Below, piece by piece: positions 51,535 to 62,704 of a stretch of 64,000 nucleotides of DNA (the stretch's first letter is position 1; every line of letters starts with the position of its first letter). The notes beneath the pieces are model-generated. The model had not been told where the DNA came from. It was given only the letters and a program-made list of their open reading frames with translations, and did no database searches. The DNA comes from Bilabrum cf. latius. Lineage: Eukaryota. Location of the stretch: assembly GCA_965178125.1 (NCBI GenBank), contig OZ237737.1, positions 1,054,001-1,118,000 of the forward strand, read 5' to 3'. The translations under genes were made by a program, and so were the position numbers.

Positions 51535-52182
51535 TTATTGATTGAGATAGTGTTGGTGCTCCCATTTGCCTCTTGGTGTTGCCTAGTTGAACTAGGCTAA
51601 ATATCGATTAACCCTAGAAACCGCTTTGCGTTGGCTACAAACCTTGCCATCAATTGCTTCTTTTAGGGTTAGAATGGTGGGAGTGCCGAAATACACTTTT
51701 TCAGATCCATCTCGAACCATGAATCTGAAATCCTCACGATCACTCTTTTGAACCACTGGTTCGGGTTCGGGTTCAGGATCAGGATCACCAAAACCGGGCA
51801 CAATAACAACCCTTTTTTGGCGTTCCAGTTTAGGTGGGCTGAGATCAACAGCAGGATCAACTTTCACAGGTTCGGGATCAATCTCAGGTTCGGGTTCGGG
51901 TTCGGGTTTAGATTTTGGCTCAGGTTTAGGTTTGGGTTGTGGTGAAGCGGGTACTGCAGGAGGAGTAGCAGGTTTTGATTCGATAATTAAATTGGAATCA
52001 CTCTCGCTATCACTATCACTATCAGTATCACTATCAGATTCCGAATCAGGTTCAGGATCACCAGCAGGAAACAACACTGAGCGTATATATTGTAGATAGA
52101 TTTGCTGTTGGTGGGGAGCACTAAACTTTTGCTGCCCAATTTTCTTAAACTATTCATACAATTCTTGTTTATCGCAAGACAT
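51535..52182 (-). CDS. Pro/Glu/Asp-rich hypothetical protein (215 aa)
   Basis: ATG 52182 (MSCDKQELYE*FKK); (SD)n and (PE)n tracts; TAA stop. Confidence 0.65.
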
Positions 52183-52201
52183 ATATCTTATCGGTAATAA
52201 A

Positions 52202-52209
52202 AAAATTGA
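52202..52209 (+). promoter_or_regulatory. AAAATTGA, Mimiviridae-type early promoter motif
   Basis: Exact motif ~20 nt upstream of the GIY-YIG ATG; AAAA(A/C)TGA variants precede five other genes. Confidence 0.55.
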
Positions 52210-52228
52210 AAATCAACAATAACAGTAA

Positions 52229-52852
52229 ATGCCTAATTACAGAAAAGGAAAGATTTATATGCTCTACTCTACGGAGAGCCCAGTACTGTTGCCATATTAT
52301 GGAAGCACCACCACGAGCTTAGAACAACGATTACGTAGCCATAGAGCCCACTTCAAACACTATCTATAGAGAAAACGTAACAAGTGTTCCTCATTTAATC
52401 TGTTTGAACGTGATCAAAGTAAGGTAAAAATTCAAATTGTTGAGCATTTTCCATGTGAATCGAAACATGAACTTCAATCAAAGGAACGCTTTTACATTCA
52501 AAACTACCCCTGTTTGAATATTTATATTCCAACAGGAATTCCAACGGATGATTGCGGTGAGTACCAACAGGCTTATCGCGAATAGAACAGAACAAAAAGG
52601 TTGAAATATAGTCAACAATACTACTTTAAAAACCGAGATGAGAGATAGGAATACGGTAAGAAATACCGTGAAATGAATAAATCCAAGATTATGAATAAAA
52701 GAAAGGAAAAAGTTACGTGTGAATGCGGATCAGTTATTTCTCGTTATTGTTTATCAAGGCACAGGAAAAGCCAAAAACACAAACAATGGCTTGGGAAGAA
52801 TTGTAATGAATCAGAATAGATCATTAAGAGTGCTAGCACCGCCTTCAACTAA
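52229..52852 (+). CDS. GIY-YIG endonuclease with C-terminal zinc finger, missed by the ORF track
   Basis: MPNYRKGKIYML...YYGSTTTSLEQRLRSH...EHFPCESKHEL..KERFYI...KVTCECGS...RHRKSQKH; several in-frame TAGs. Confidence 0.85.
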
Positions 52853-53089
52853 GCCCATACCCATCTAATCTTCAACTAACCCCATGCCCATCTAATCCTA
52901 AACCATTTGCCCACCCTTGCGTTTGCGTTTGTAAGTGCGTTTCTTGGGGGCACGTGATAATCCATGCTTAGATAGCCAAGCATCATACAATCCTTGTTCT
53001 TTAGCCATTCTTACGGCATCGATATACTTCATCTAGCCCTTAACTTTGGACCACAGTTGTTTCATAAATTTGCTCCAGTTACTTAGCAT
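52811..53089 (-). CDS. Small basic probable core protein (92 aa)
   Basis: MLSNWSKFMKQLW...RAPKKRTYKRKRKGG followed by repeated D*MGMGLVE; TGA stop. Confidence 0.6.
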
Positions 53090-53108
53090 TATAGTATTTC
53101 GCATGATT

Positions 53109-54002
53109 TTATTTTTGCTAAATCATGGATCTGCTTAGTTGATTCAAATATCGCTTAAGCTAAGTAATGGCTAGTTTAATTGATTTGTTGGTGTTATTCT
53201 TGAAATGCTTGGCAAGTGTCCGCAGTGATCTGGGTTTCATCACCTTACCCACTCTTTGCTTAAGGTATTCGAGTGCAGTGCTGTGGCGAAATCCGGTAGG
53301 TACTCGCAAGTAAGCCTCCAACTAGCTCTTAGCAAGGTTGAGAGTGGAAAGAATAGGATTGGTAATAATCTGTTCCAGAGATTTGAGACCGGGTGAGTTG
53401 GGTTGTTTGCCTTGCAAACGGGAGATGTTGTGCAATCGTTTGGTGGCTTTGTATAAATTGCCTGAACTAATATACTTGTTGGCATCCTTAACAAGGCTTT
53501 GTAGAATGGTTGCTACATCGGCAAGTTCCTCAAATTGGTACACGATGGTGATTTCCTCGTAAGTTTTGCCATCATAAAAAATCAAATCTACCTTGTTGAA
53601 CGGATCATGATGGATGTTGTGCTCGATTTCCTGCTTTAGTTTCTGGTTAGTTGAGAGGTTTGCCATTTCTTTTCTGGTGTAATGCCTTCCACCTGATTTA
53701 AATTCAACAAAGGTGGCATGGTTGGCTTGTTTGGATGGTGCCATTTTTTTTGCCAAGTTGGAAATGTGTGTGGCAAAGTGCGGGATATCCTTTTTGTTAA
53801 GCAGTTGAAATAAATCAATATCAGAGGCAAACAACGAAAGAACCTTGAACCGAGCAGTTCCTGCTAATCTCAAGGTTCGATCGGGAAATTTGATATCGTT
53901 AAACAGTTTAAGTACGGGTCGTGCAAAATTGTAACCAGTGATATTAATTGGTTGCCCCAGGTACTTAAGTGCACTTAAGTTCTAATAAGATTTGTTGTTC
54001 AT
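53109..54002 (-). CDS. Nucleotidyltransferase-like (Pol beta fold) virophage protein (297 aa)
   Basis: LAGTA...SDIDLF, EFKSG, KVDLI, NLYKATKRL; extended at both ends across TAG; TAA stop. Confidence 0.65.
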
Positions 54003-54025
54003 ATACTATTAGATCTTAGATTTAT

Positions 54026-55753
54026 TTACATTCCAAGTTTGCTTAAAAGTGCTTGAGTAGAAACGCTCTTACCAGCCACCCGATTTACGCCTTTACCCCT
54101 TTTTCCAGCACCCACTGCTTTGGCAACTTTACCCACAGCGGTATTATCACCAACATAATTCTTTACAATAGGTAGGTTACGGGCAACTTTAGAAACCTCT
54201 TTAAGCACTGGGGCTGCTTTCTTGATTCCGTTCCACAGTCGACCGAAGAAACCACGCCTTCCACCCACGATTGAGGCAGATACTCCATCATCTTTGTAAG
54301 TAACATTAGTAGCGGTTAGGCTCTTAACTGGATCGGCAAGTAACACACGGCTCTCCATCAAACCGTCTTTGAGGTAATTGGCTTCGGAGTTGGCTAGAAT
54401 CATCCATAAGCGGTAACTACCAGCTGCCACTGCAGCACCAGTGGGGTTCTGGATAGTAACAGTAGCCTAGATAGAGAATCTAGCATTCACACCACCTTGG
54501 GTTTCCTGAGGCAGAGGCAATTGGGATGGTTTTATTGCCAACATGCAACCGTTGCCGTAAATTCGGTTGGCACCAACTGAGAAATCCTAGATTAAACCAG
54601 CGAAATGCCCGAATCTGCCGTTATATCCGTTTTTGGTGCTCATTTGCCAGAGTTCATACTGGGAAATCAACCTGCCAATATCTTGTTCACCATTGATGGT
54701 TAGGTTGATGGCAGAAATGGGTAAAAACTAATCAGGCTAGTTGCTTCCAGCCACAGGATCGCGTTCCACGTAACACAGCAACATTTCTGGTGTGTATGCG
54801 AAATCATAAGACTACATCTGGTGCTCAATGCTGCCTGGCACACCGTTTGCAGCGGCTGGAATAGCCTGGTTAGGGCGTTCCTAACGCTTTTGGCGATGTA
54901 CTGAGTTTAGCACAATTCTGTTTGGTTGAGGAACTTCAAGCGCAGGTGTATCGATAGTGAAATCCAGAAACAGGGATGGGTTACCAACTTGGGTAAATGC
55001 TAAATCCTGTCCGCCGACAGTTGAGGCAGACCATATGCGCTATAATCCATTAGAACCAATCTCAAGTTTGAGATCGAACGGTTGCAGGTTCTTGTAAGGA
55101 TTAGGATAGGCATCCTTGAAAGGGAAAAACTTGTTCCATAGGCGCTCCTCCAGAATAATGAGGAATTCGTGTGAGTTGCCAGCAGCTGGACCAACATAGT
55201 ATACAGAGTAACGGTTGCCGAAACCACGGGATTCGTTCTAATCAATTGTATCTAATGAAACGCGGAGTGGATCACTGAGATAATCACGGCTATATGCAGT
55301 GTTTTTATCAGGAACAGGAGCAGGGCTCATTCGGTAACCAATCTCTGGATCGTGGTTATGAGCAAACTCTTTGCTTTCCTAGTAACTCTCACTCACCCAA
55401 GTAGAACCATTGTGATCCACAATGGTACGATCAAACATTCTAGCCAAGGGGAAAGGTTTAACACCAACTCTGCTCTTTAAATCTGCTAGAGCAAGGGCAG
55501 CAGCATTTGCCTTAGCCACTCGAACTCGTTGAATGTATCTTAAAGTAGGTTGATTGAAATCACCTTTTACTGGATTTATAGTCATATTCAAGGTTGCACC
55601 ATTTGCAACAGGATCAGTAAAGGTTAAGCGGTTGTAACCAATCTTGGTGTTACCTGCTTCTACCTGTTGTTTTACTTTGGAAGGATCGAGGAAGTTGTAC
55701 TTTGGATCAACTGCCACACTTACTGGTAAACTTTGTCTTAAGGTTTGAGACAT
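54026..55753 (-). CDS. Major capsid protein, element B (575 aa)
   Basis: Continuous frame over TAGs directly after penton; virophage MCP size; C-terminal IVGG followed by a basic amphipathic tail; TAA stop. Confidence 0.85.
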
Positions 55754-55784
55754 TTATGATTTAAACTGATAAAATAATTATTTC

Positions 55785-56696
55785 TTAATTTAGCTCACTC
55801 ACCTCCACAAATGCTAATTTTGCCGAAACAGAGGTTCGGGCACGAGGCTTCACATCGTACTTAACACCTTTACTATCCAACCAGTAAAACCTGAGTTGAA
55901 TGTTGTTGAACTGGTTTCCAGTTACTGTTGCCCATCGGTGGTTGCCACCAGCACTATAAGTAATTGATTGAAGGTGGCTGCCGTTACTTGGAAAGAAATT
56001 GAAATCGGTAATAATGTTTTCGACCCGAGTAGAAAACTAGCCTTCGGCTGATTCAACTGAATTTGGCAACAACTCGCTGATCATGGGTAACGTACCCTAT
56101 ATTTCAATTCGTTTCACGGGAACTATTGCTTCAAGAGTGGATTCAGGCTGTTGCACTACATCAACATCCAAGAAAAAATAGGGATTCTCCAATGTATCCT
56201 AAGGAATTCTGGGAAAGGTATGGAACATGGCAAACAAGTGCTCATTGAATCCTAAATCGTATCCTGTGGTTAAATCCCGAAAGTTGCTGGTGCTTTCGAT
56301 AAAAAATAGAATGCCATCATAAGTTAACTCAGGAAAATCCACGGGTGAAACTGGAGATGGGTGAGCAGCACAGGCGGTCGCTATTGCAAGATTTATGGCA
56401 GCTACCACTTCTGCCATATTGTAAACAAACTTGTTGCTACCAAAGTTAACATTGGCTGAACTTACAGTGCTTGAAGCCTGATCACGAATGTTAACAGTAT
56501 AAGTTAGCTTAGGATTAGGTTCAAATACTGGAAATACAGCTTGTTCGATATTCCATCGATCCACACTGAGTTTAAAGAGTTTCTCATCAGTCAAAATGTT
56601 GCCAGAGCGCTGTTCCTCTAACAAAGTACGATCTGCAGTGGTAGTTTCTTGGTTGAAGTATCTTAGATTTACATACTGGTAGGTTTTATTGCTCAT
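55785..56696 (-). CDS. Minor capsid (penton) protein, element B (303 aa)
   Basis: Clear homologue of 36408-37319 (YQYVNL..FNQ, YNM, GFN..L..M.HTF); TAA stop. Confidence 0.85.
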
Positions 56697-56724
56697 TTGA
56701 GATATAGTTTAAATGAGAAATAAA

Positions 56725-57267
56725 TCACATGGGTCTGAATTGTTCAAACAAGGTAACAAACACATCGGGCTTAACTTTGTGTTGCTTACACTTTTGTAAT
56801 AACCGTTTATTGTACTGTTCATGATTTAAATGCCGATTACTAAGCCGTAGCAAGCAGTGCCTACCACAGGTTGAGATTTGTGGATCATCGATTTGGTGAG
56901 GGAATGGTGAATAATCTATGGTTCGATGATCATTTATTAGTTTGCCTAAGATGCCTTTCTATCGATCTAGGTAGCCAAGGGCTTCTCGCTGTGGGCTGGT
57001 TTTAGTGATTGCATGGGGTAAAAATCCGTATGGATCATAATAGTGGATACGATTGGGATCGAGGCTTTGAATTACGGCACAGTAATGCCCAGATTCGTTT
57101 TTGCCTTGCCGTATCAAAGGGAAAAACAAAACGAAATCCTGATCCTTGCCAGTGGGTAATCCGTGCTATTCAATTTGATCGTTGGTAAAAACAGGCACAT
57201 TGGCTTTCAAGTGTTGCAACTGTTGTGGGCTGAGCCCCGATTTAATTTTATCAAGTAACTGATCCAT
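56725..57267 (-). CDS. Maturation cysteine protease, element B (180 aa), missed by the ORF track
   Basis: DFVLFFP, SGHYCAVIQ, YYDPYG, HQIDDPQISTCGRHCLLRL; two TAGs; TGA stop. Confidence 0.9.
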
Positions 57268-57297
57268 TATGATTATAGTAGTATCCTAGAAATTTGT

Positions 57298-57771
57298 TCA
57301 TGATCCTAGGAATATTTGTAAGTATTTGTCCCCCCGTCGAAATATTTTTTCCAAGTGAGTATGATCACCAAACCAACTAAGCAATGGCATTTTCCCCTCT
57401 TCGTACATAGTAACGTACTTTAAGCGGAGCGATGGTTTATAGTTTTTCAGCGAATCGTAGATAACTTCAACTAAATCTTCATTTTTTACATCAATTGGGT
57501 ATTGCATTTCTCTGTGAAGGGTTCTAAGTAATTCTCTGAGAGTTGGTTTGGCGCTAGGAACTGGGATTGAATAGCGCACTTTGCCTTTATTATCGTGTAA
57601 CAGAGCGATTCTATCACCTTTCTTGATATCAACAACAATAGTTTCAAGCGAATCAAGGGGTTTTGAATTTTTTAGGTTTTCCTCTGAGTTAACAATTGAC
57701 TCATAATCCTGAACTGAGATGTTTAAATCATAACAAACTACAAGATCTGATAGGTTTTTGCAAACAGACAT
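57298..57771 (-). CDS. Hypothetical protein (157 aa)
   Basis: Intact ATG-TGA ORF between the ATPase and the protease. Confidence 0.7.
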   Translation of the reverse strand: MSVCKNLSDLVVCYDLNISVQDYESIVNSEENLKNSKPLDSLETIVVDIKKGDRIALLHDNKGKVRYSIPVPSAKPTLRELLRTLHREMQYPIDVKNEDLVEVIYDSLKNYKPSLRLKYVTMYEEGKMPLLSWFGDHTHLEKIFRRGDKYLQIFLGS

Positions 57772-57804
57772 TTTGCTATATATATATAATGGTAAAAAAA
57801 TAGA

Positions 57805-58827
57805 TCATATCAAACAAACCTGATGGGGCGATATCAAGCAATTGCGTTGCTGGTTTATGGCTACCCAATCGTTTCGGCTTAACAGGCTTTTCACCTTTTT
57901 TATCTCCTTAGCTTTAAATTTCAGATAGTTTTCCATTAGAAACTAATTCTAACGAGGTTTGTTGCGCTAGAAAATTACATAGATGTTAATTTCATTGTGT
58001 AGAGTGCGGGTATTCTAACCCCAAGATGGTAAGTGTGTAATTACAAAGATATCGGTTTCGGTACTTCTACCCTTGGTAAGAATATAATTGATCAAGAACA
58101 GGGCTTTGTTTTGCAGTTCACCGCCTTCCACATCATCAAATATCCATACAGAATTCTTGATCAGCTTCAAAAATCCTTCGGTTACCGAATAGTTGATCTT
58201 TTTCTTTGGCTTCAAGGATTCAACCGCAAGTTTCATTTCAATAACCTCCTCAGGATCTAGTTCGCTCTTATCCAGCATTTTGTAGCGCAGTTTAGCCTCT
58301 TGATATTTTCGTTCGGAACTATCGCCAATGATAAGATCATCGATATCGAGGGTATGAAACTTGGCTTCTTTGAATCGCTTTTCATCATCCTTGCCGTTGA
58401 TCACATACACCTTTTTATTAAATAGTTTCCTAATAATTTTGGCTTGTTCTAGCACCCAGGTAGTTTTACCTGAACCTGCTTTACCCATTATATGGTACGC
58501 AGTTCGGCAATCGCGTGCATCTCGATCGGGATACGGAATAATCGTTCCTTTTTTACTTTTATATTTTCCATGTAGGATCTTTCCTTCCCGCATTTCCTAT
58601 TTAAACTTTTTCTTTAGTTCTGGTAGTTGTCGCTGGTATCTGGTGGCACGAACACCGTATCTCAACCTTAGATCAGATTCACTGATATCGGATTCATCAC
58701 CAGAATCATCATCAGAATCAGAATCATTTTCAGGTGGTTTGCGGTTGTAGTATATAACATCTGGATCATTGCGATTCATATCAAGTGCAACAGGAACACC
58801 ATCTTTTGTATGTCGAGTGGAAATCAT
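57805..58827 (-). CDS. FtsK/HerA (A32-like) genome packaging ATPase (340 aa)
   Basis: Walker A GKAGSGKT, Walker B IFDD, ILTKGRS...ITH, LHNE; joined over TAGs; TGA stop. Confidence 0.9.
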
Positions 58828-58865
58828 TACTATAGGTATATAAAATATTTTCAATGTTATTATAT

Positions 58866-60152
58866 ATGGCAAAAAGCGATGAAAAGTTGCGAAAGATTCT
58901 TAAAGAGCTAACAATTGAGAGATACTCCGGTTTAGCAGAACAAAGAAGAGAAAACATGGAGGAAAACAACCGCCGTGTGAGGCAGGAAAACCGAGCACGT
59001 AAAGAGCAACAAGATCAAGAGAGATTGAGAAAGGCAGGTGTGGTGAGTGAACTTGAACGTACCAGAAATGATTAGGCAACTGGGCGGGTTAAAGCATTAT
59101 TGGGCTAGTTATAGAGGGCAAGAACGGCAACTAGTAGGCAGAGAGTAATAGATGCCTTAGAAGTGAGTTTGTATAGTGGTGATATTATTTTGCCCAAGAG
59201 CCTTAAAGAGATAGAAGCCTAGTTTAAGCGTTTAAATGTTAATAGAGGAAGCAATTAGGCAATACGAAGGTTACTAATTGAAAATGGAGTTCGAGATGCA
59301 TTGTAGTATGCAATCAAGCGTAATCCCAATCGTGTGGATCGTGATCCAATGAGAGAAATACCAGAAGAGGGTTCAAATCCTGTGGGAGAGCGTCCACGAA
59401 GAGTAGATATCGAACCTTGGATTATTGATTCAGTACCTGAACCGGCACCTGCACCTGCACGGGCACGGGCACGAAGACGAGGAGCACGAATACCAGTGCC
59501 ATAGTTGGTACCAGCAGCTGATCTCGCAGAATAGATGGAACAAGGTTTTGCAGGATCTCCTGCTCGTGCTCCTCGTGCTCGGGCTGCTGATGTTGCTCCT
59601 GGCGGACCAGGACCTGGCGGTGATTCCGATAATGATCCTACACCAGCACCAGCACCAGCACCAGCACCAGCACCAGCACCAGCACCAGCACCAGCACGAC
59701 GCAGATCAAGTAGGCAAACCACAGAACCAGATAGGTTAACCGCAAACACAATGGGTAACTTAGGTTCAGCGGAGGGTACATAGGGTATGGGTGCACCTAA
59801 ATCGGGTAAATGGAATCGTACATTACAATCCTAGGCACTGCGTTTAGCTGGATAGATGAGGCGCTAGAATCCTAAATTGAGCCGTGGAGAAGCAATGAAA
59901 CAGGCATTTAAGGCTGTGAAACAATCGAAAATGAAAGGCAAAGGAATCATTGAGGATGCTGGGCGATTTTTGTTTGATGGATTGGTTGGAGCTCCATTGC
60001 GCAAGGTAATCGGTGATAAAGGATTGAAAGCAATTGCACCCAAATCACATCGGAGAATCAATAAATCTGAACGCCGTGCCGGGTTACAAGGCAAAGAAGC
60101 CCAAGAAAAATAGTTTCAATAGGATCGTATTAGGCGTTTGCGTGGATACTAA
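58866..60152 (+). CDS. Arg-rich protein with (PA)n tracts and basic C-terminus, possible core protein (428 aa)
   Basis: Listed ORFs 58854, 59535 and 59877 are one frame across many TAGs; TAA stop. Confidence 0.7.
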
Positions 60153-60218
60153 TTAACTTTATTTGGTAGTAATAACGAAACAAAGTTAACTTAAAAAAAA
60201 TCCTCCAGATAGTTATAG

Positions 60219-60476
60219 ATGTCTGAAAAATCTAGCCCAACTAAACCAACTCCAACAACACCTCAACCAAAAATAGAGATTATTCGTAATTCTCAACCTG
60301 AACCTGAACCTGAATCTGATCCCACATCAAACTATCGTACTGATGTTAAGATTGAGCAAGTGCCGCTTTCAGGTGCAGGTGGTGATGAACCCGCTTACAA
60401 GGTAGTGGTTACTATGACTTGGGATTCACTGAACAAGCAGAGTATATGTGAATTGTTGGCAGCAAGCATGCCTTAA
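60219..60476 (+). CDS. Hypothetical protein (85 aa)
   Basis: Intact ATG-TAA ORF with a PEPEPE tract like other element B proteins. Confidence 0.6.
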   Translation: MSEKSSPTKPTPTTPQPKIEIIRNSQPEPEPESDPTSNYRTDVKIEQVPLSGAGGDEPAYKVVVTMTWDSLNKQSICELLAASMP

Positions 60477-61333
60477 TGCTATTTCTTTTTCTTCTTACCT
60501 CTACCAACTACTCGATTAGCGAATGCACCAACATCGGTTGCAACATTAGCCACCCTTTTGAACAACTGCGGTATGGTAGATGCTGCCTGTTCAACATTCT
60601 AATTGATGAATTGATCCAATTGGCTGGTTAATAAACCATTGGATCGAAGTACATCAGTAACAAATCGCTAACAATTACCTGCATCTGAGCGATCATTGAA
60701 AGCACGATACAAGAAAAATCGATTATTGCCCACGGATTTGAGTGTTTGTTGTACCAGTTGATTCAAAGTGATTTGTTTGCCATTTAGATCAACGTTTAGG
60801 AATTGAGTAAGATTATTTACGGGGAATGTTTTATCAACGTTAACAGCCTCGTTTTTCTCAACCACAAGGGGGGTAGCAACGCCTTGTAATTTTACTGCTA
60901 TTGCAAGATGGTAGAATGAATGGTACTATAAGCTTTGTTTGGCTCGTTTAGTTGCCCCTAGTGAAAGAACGTTTAGCAATCGATTTAAACTTGAACTTAA
61001 GGGTGTTCGTGCTACTTTCATCTGGGTAATAACTCGGTTACCGTATTCTTTTAGGGTTCGCTAACTAGTTTTATTAAAGTTCTTTGTATCAACTCCAAAG
61101 AAGTTCTTAGCCTTATCAACAACTTGGTTAAAACCTTGGCGTAACTTGCCAAACAGTGAGCCACCCATTCTGGTAACTTCGGGTTCTAATGTTTCTAATA
61201 CCATAGGCGCCTCAAGAACGGCTTGTAATTGCGATTTGGTAAACTTTCCGTACCCCTTAACACATTTTTTGATCCTTGGGTTGCGTTTCTTGGCTATCTT
61301 CAGTAATTGTAAAATTTGCTTTCGCTTAAGCAT
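60473..61333 (-). CDS. Permuted papain-like (NlpC/P60, PPPDE/LRAT-type) protein (286 aa)
   Basis: FYHLAIAV...VVEKNE...YRAF...GNC*RFV (His before Asn-Cys); TAA stop. Confidence 0.65.
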
Positions 61334-61382
61334 ATATACTAGATTAGATAAGAATATTTTATGTGGTTTATTATATCTATAA

Positions 61383-62594
61383 ATGGATACAAAGCATCAG
61401 CAACGTGAATTATAGAAGTTGAAAGAGTTATATTATGGTTCAAAAGCCTTTGTAGGTGAGGAAAAATTATACAAGTTTGCGATTCAGAACGGCATTGATT
61501 TGCCACGGCGTGTGGTTAGAGATTGGTTGCAAAAGCAAGAAACATGGCAAATGATGAAACCAACCAAGAAAGTTCGTTCAATTAAACGCTAGGTAATTAG
61601 TGCTCCTTTTAAAAAGTTGCAAATAGATTTGGTGGATTTGAGTTCATCGGAAACCCCACGAGGCATGAAATGGTTGCTAACAGCCATCGATGGTTTTAGT
61701 AAGAAAGCTTACGCAATTGCCATGCCCGATAAGCGAGAGCAAACCGTATTGAATGCTTTGAAACAAATCTTAGAGTAGATGCCCCAACCACCCAGTGTGT
61801 TGTAGAGTGATAATGGCAGTGAGTTCGTAAATCGAGCATTTAAAGCATTTTTAAAAAGCAAGAAAATTAAATAGATCTTGAGTACAGCGGGTAAACCGCA
61901 AACCAATGGATTGGTTGAGAGATTTAATGGAACAATTAAGAGAATGATTAAGGCGGATCGCTTGGATTCGGGTGTGAATAACTGGGATAATAGTTTGGCA
62001 GCCTATTTGAGGGTATACAATCAAACGCCACAAAATACAACCAAGCAATCGCCAGATAATTTAGAGAGGGAGTATCTGGAGAACAAACAGAGTTCTGGAG
62101 TGGATGCAGTTAGAAAAAGAATAAAGAAAAATGCAGGTGAACGTGCCAATGAGTAGCGGTTCAAAGTGGGCGATCAAGTAAGGGTTCGATTGCGATGGGG
62201 ATCTAATGAGAAAAGGGGTGAAAACTGGTCTAAGGATGTGTATACTATAAGATAGGTGTTAAAACCGCGTATGCCGTGGAGTCCGTGGTCCTATTAGGTA
62301 GAAGGATTGCCAACCAGATATTTTACAGAGGAATTGCAGAAGGTGGATGAGGTTGAAAATCCAATTACTTTGCCAGATTAGTATATTATTTCGAGTATTG
62401 TGCGCCCTAGTGTGGTTAATGGGGAGCGTGGATTTGTGGTTCGATGGGTTGGATACAAGGTTCCAGAGTGGAACAGCTATGAAAACATGATCGAAGATGT
62501 GCCCAAACTGGTTTAGGCATTTGAAAAGAAGCACAAAGTAGAATGGAAAAAGAATCCACGTACAAACAAATGGACGTTTACGTGGAAAAAGTAA
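61383..62594 (+). CDS. Retroviral-type (rve, DDE) integrase with C-terminal chromodomain-like region (403 aa)
   Basis: LQIDLVD, TAIDGFSK, L*SDNGSEF, PQTNGLVERFNGTIK, FKVGDQVRV, FVVRWVGY; TAA stop. Confidence 0.93.
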
Positions 62595-62704
62595 TGTAAT
62601 TTTCCTTTTAATCCCGTACTAAATTGATACGGATTAAAAGCAAAATGTGTATTTCTCTGAGTAGATGCCTAGGCATTTCACTAATATTTTAATTTTCATG
62701 GGAT

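Noticed and set aside
59255-59749. (HQ)n ORF 59425-59739 and (GA)n antisense ORF 59255-59749
   Set aside because: Alternative frames of the CCAGCA repeat that encodes (PA)n in the 58866-60152 gene.
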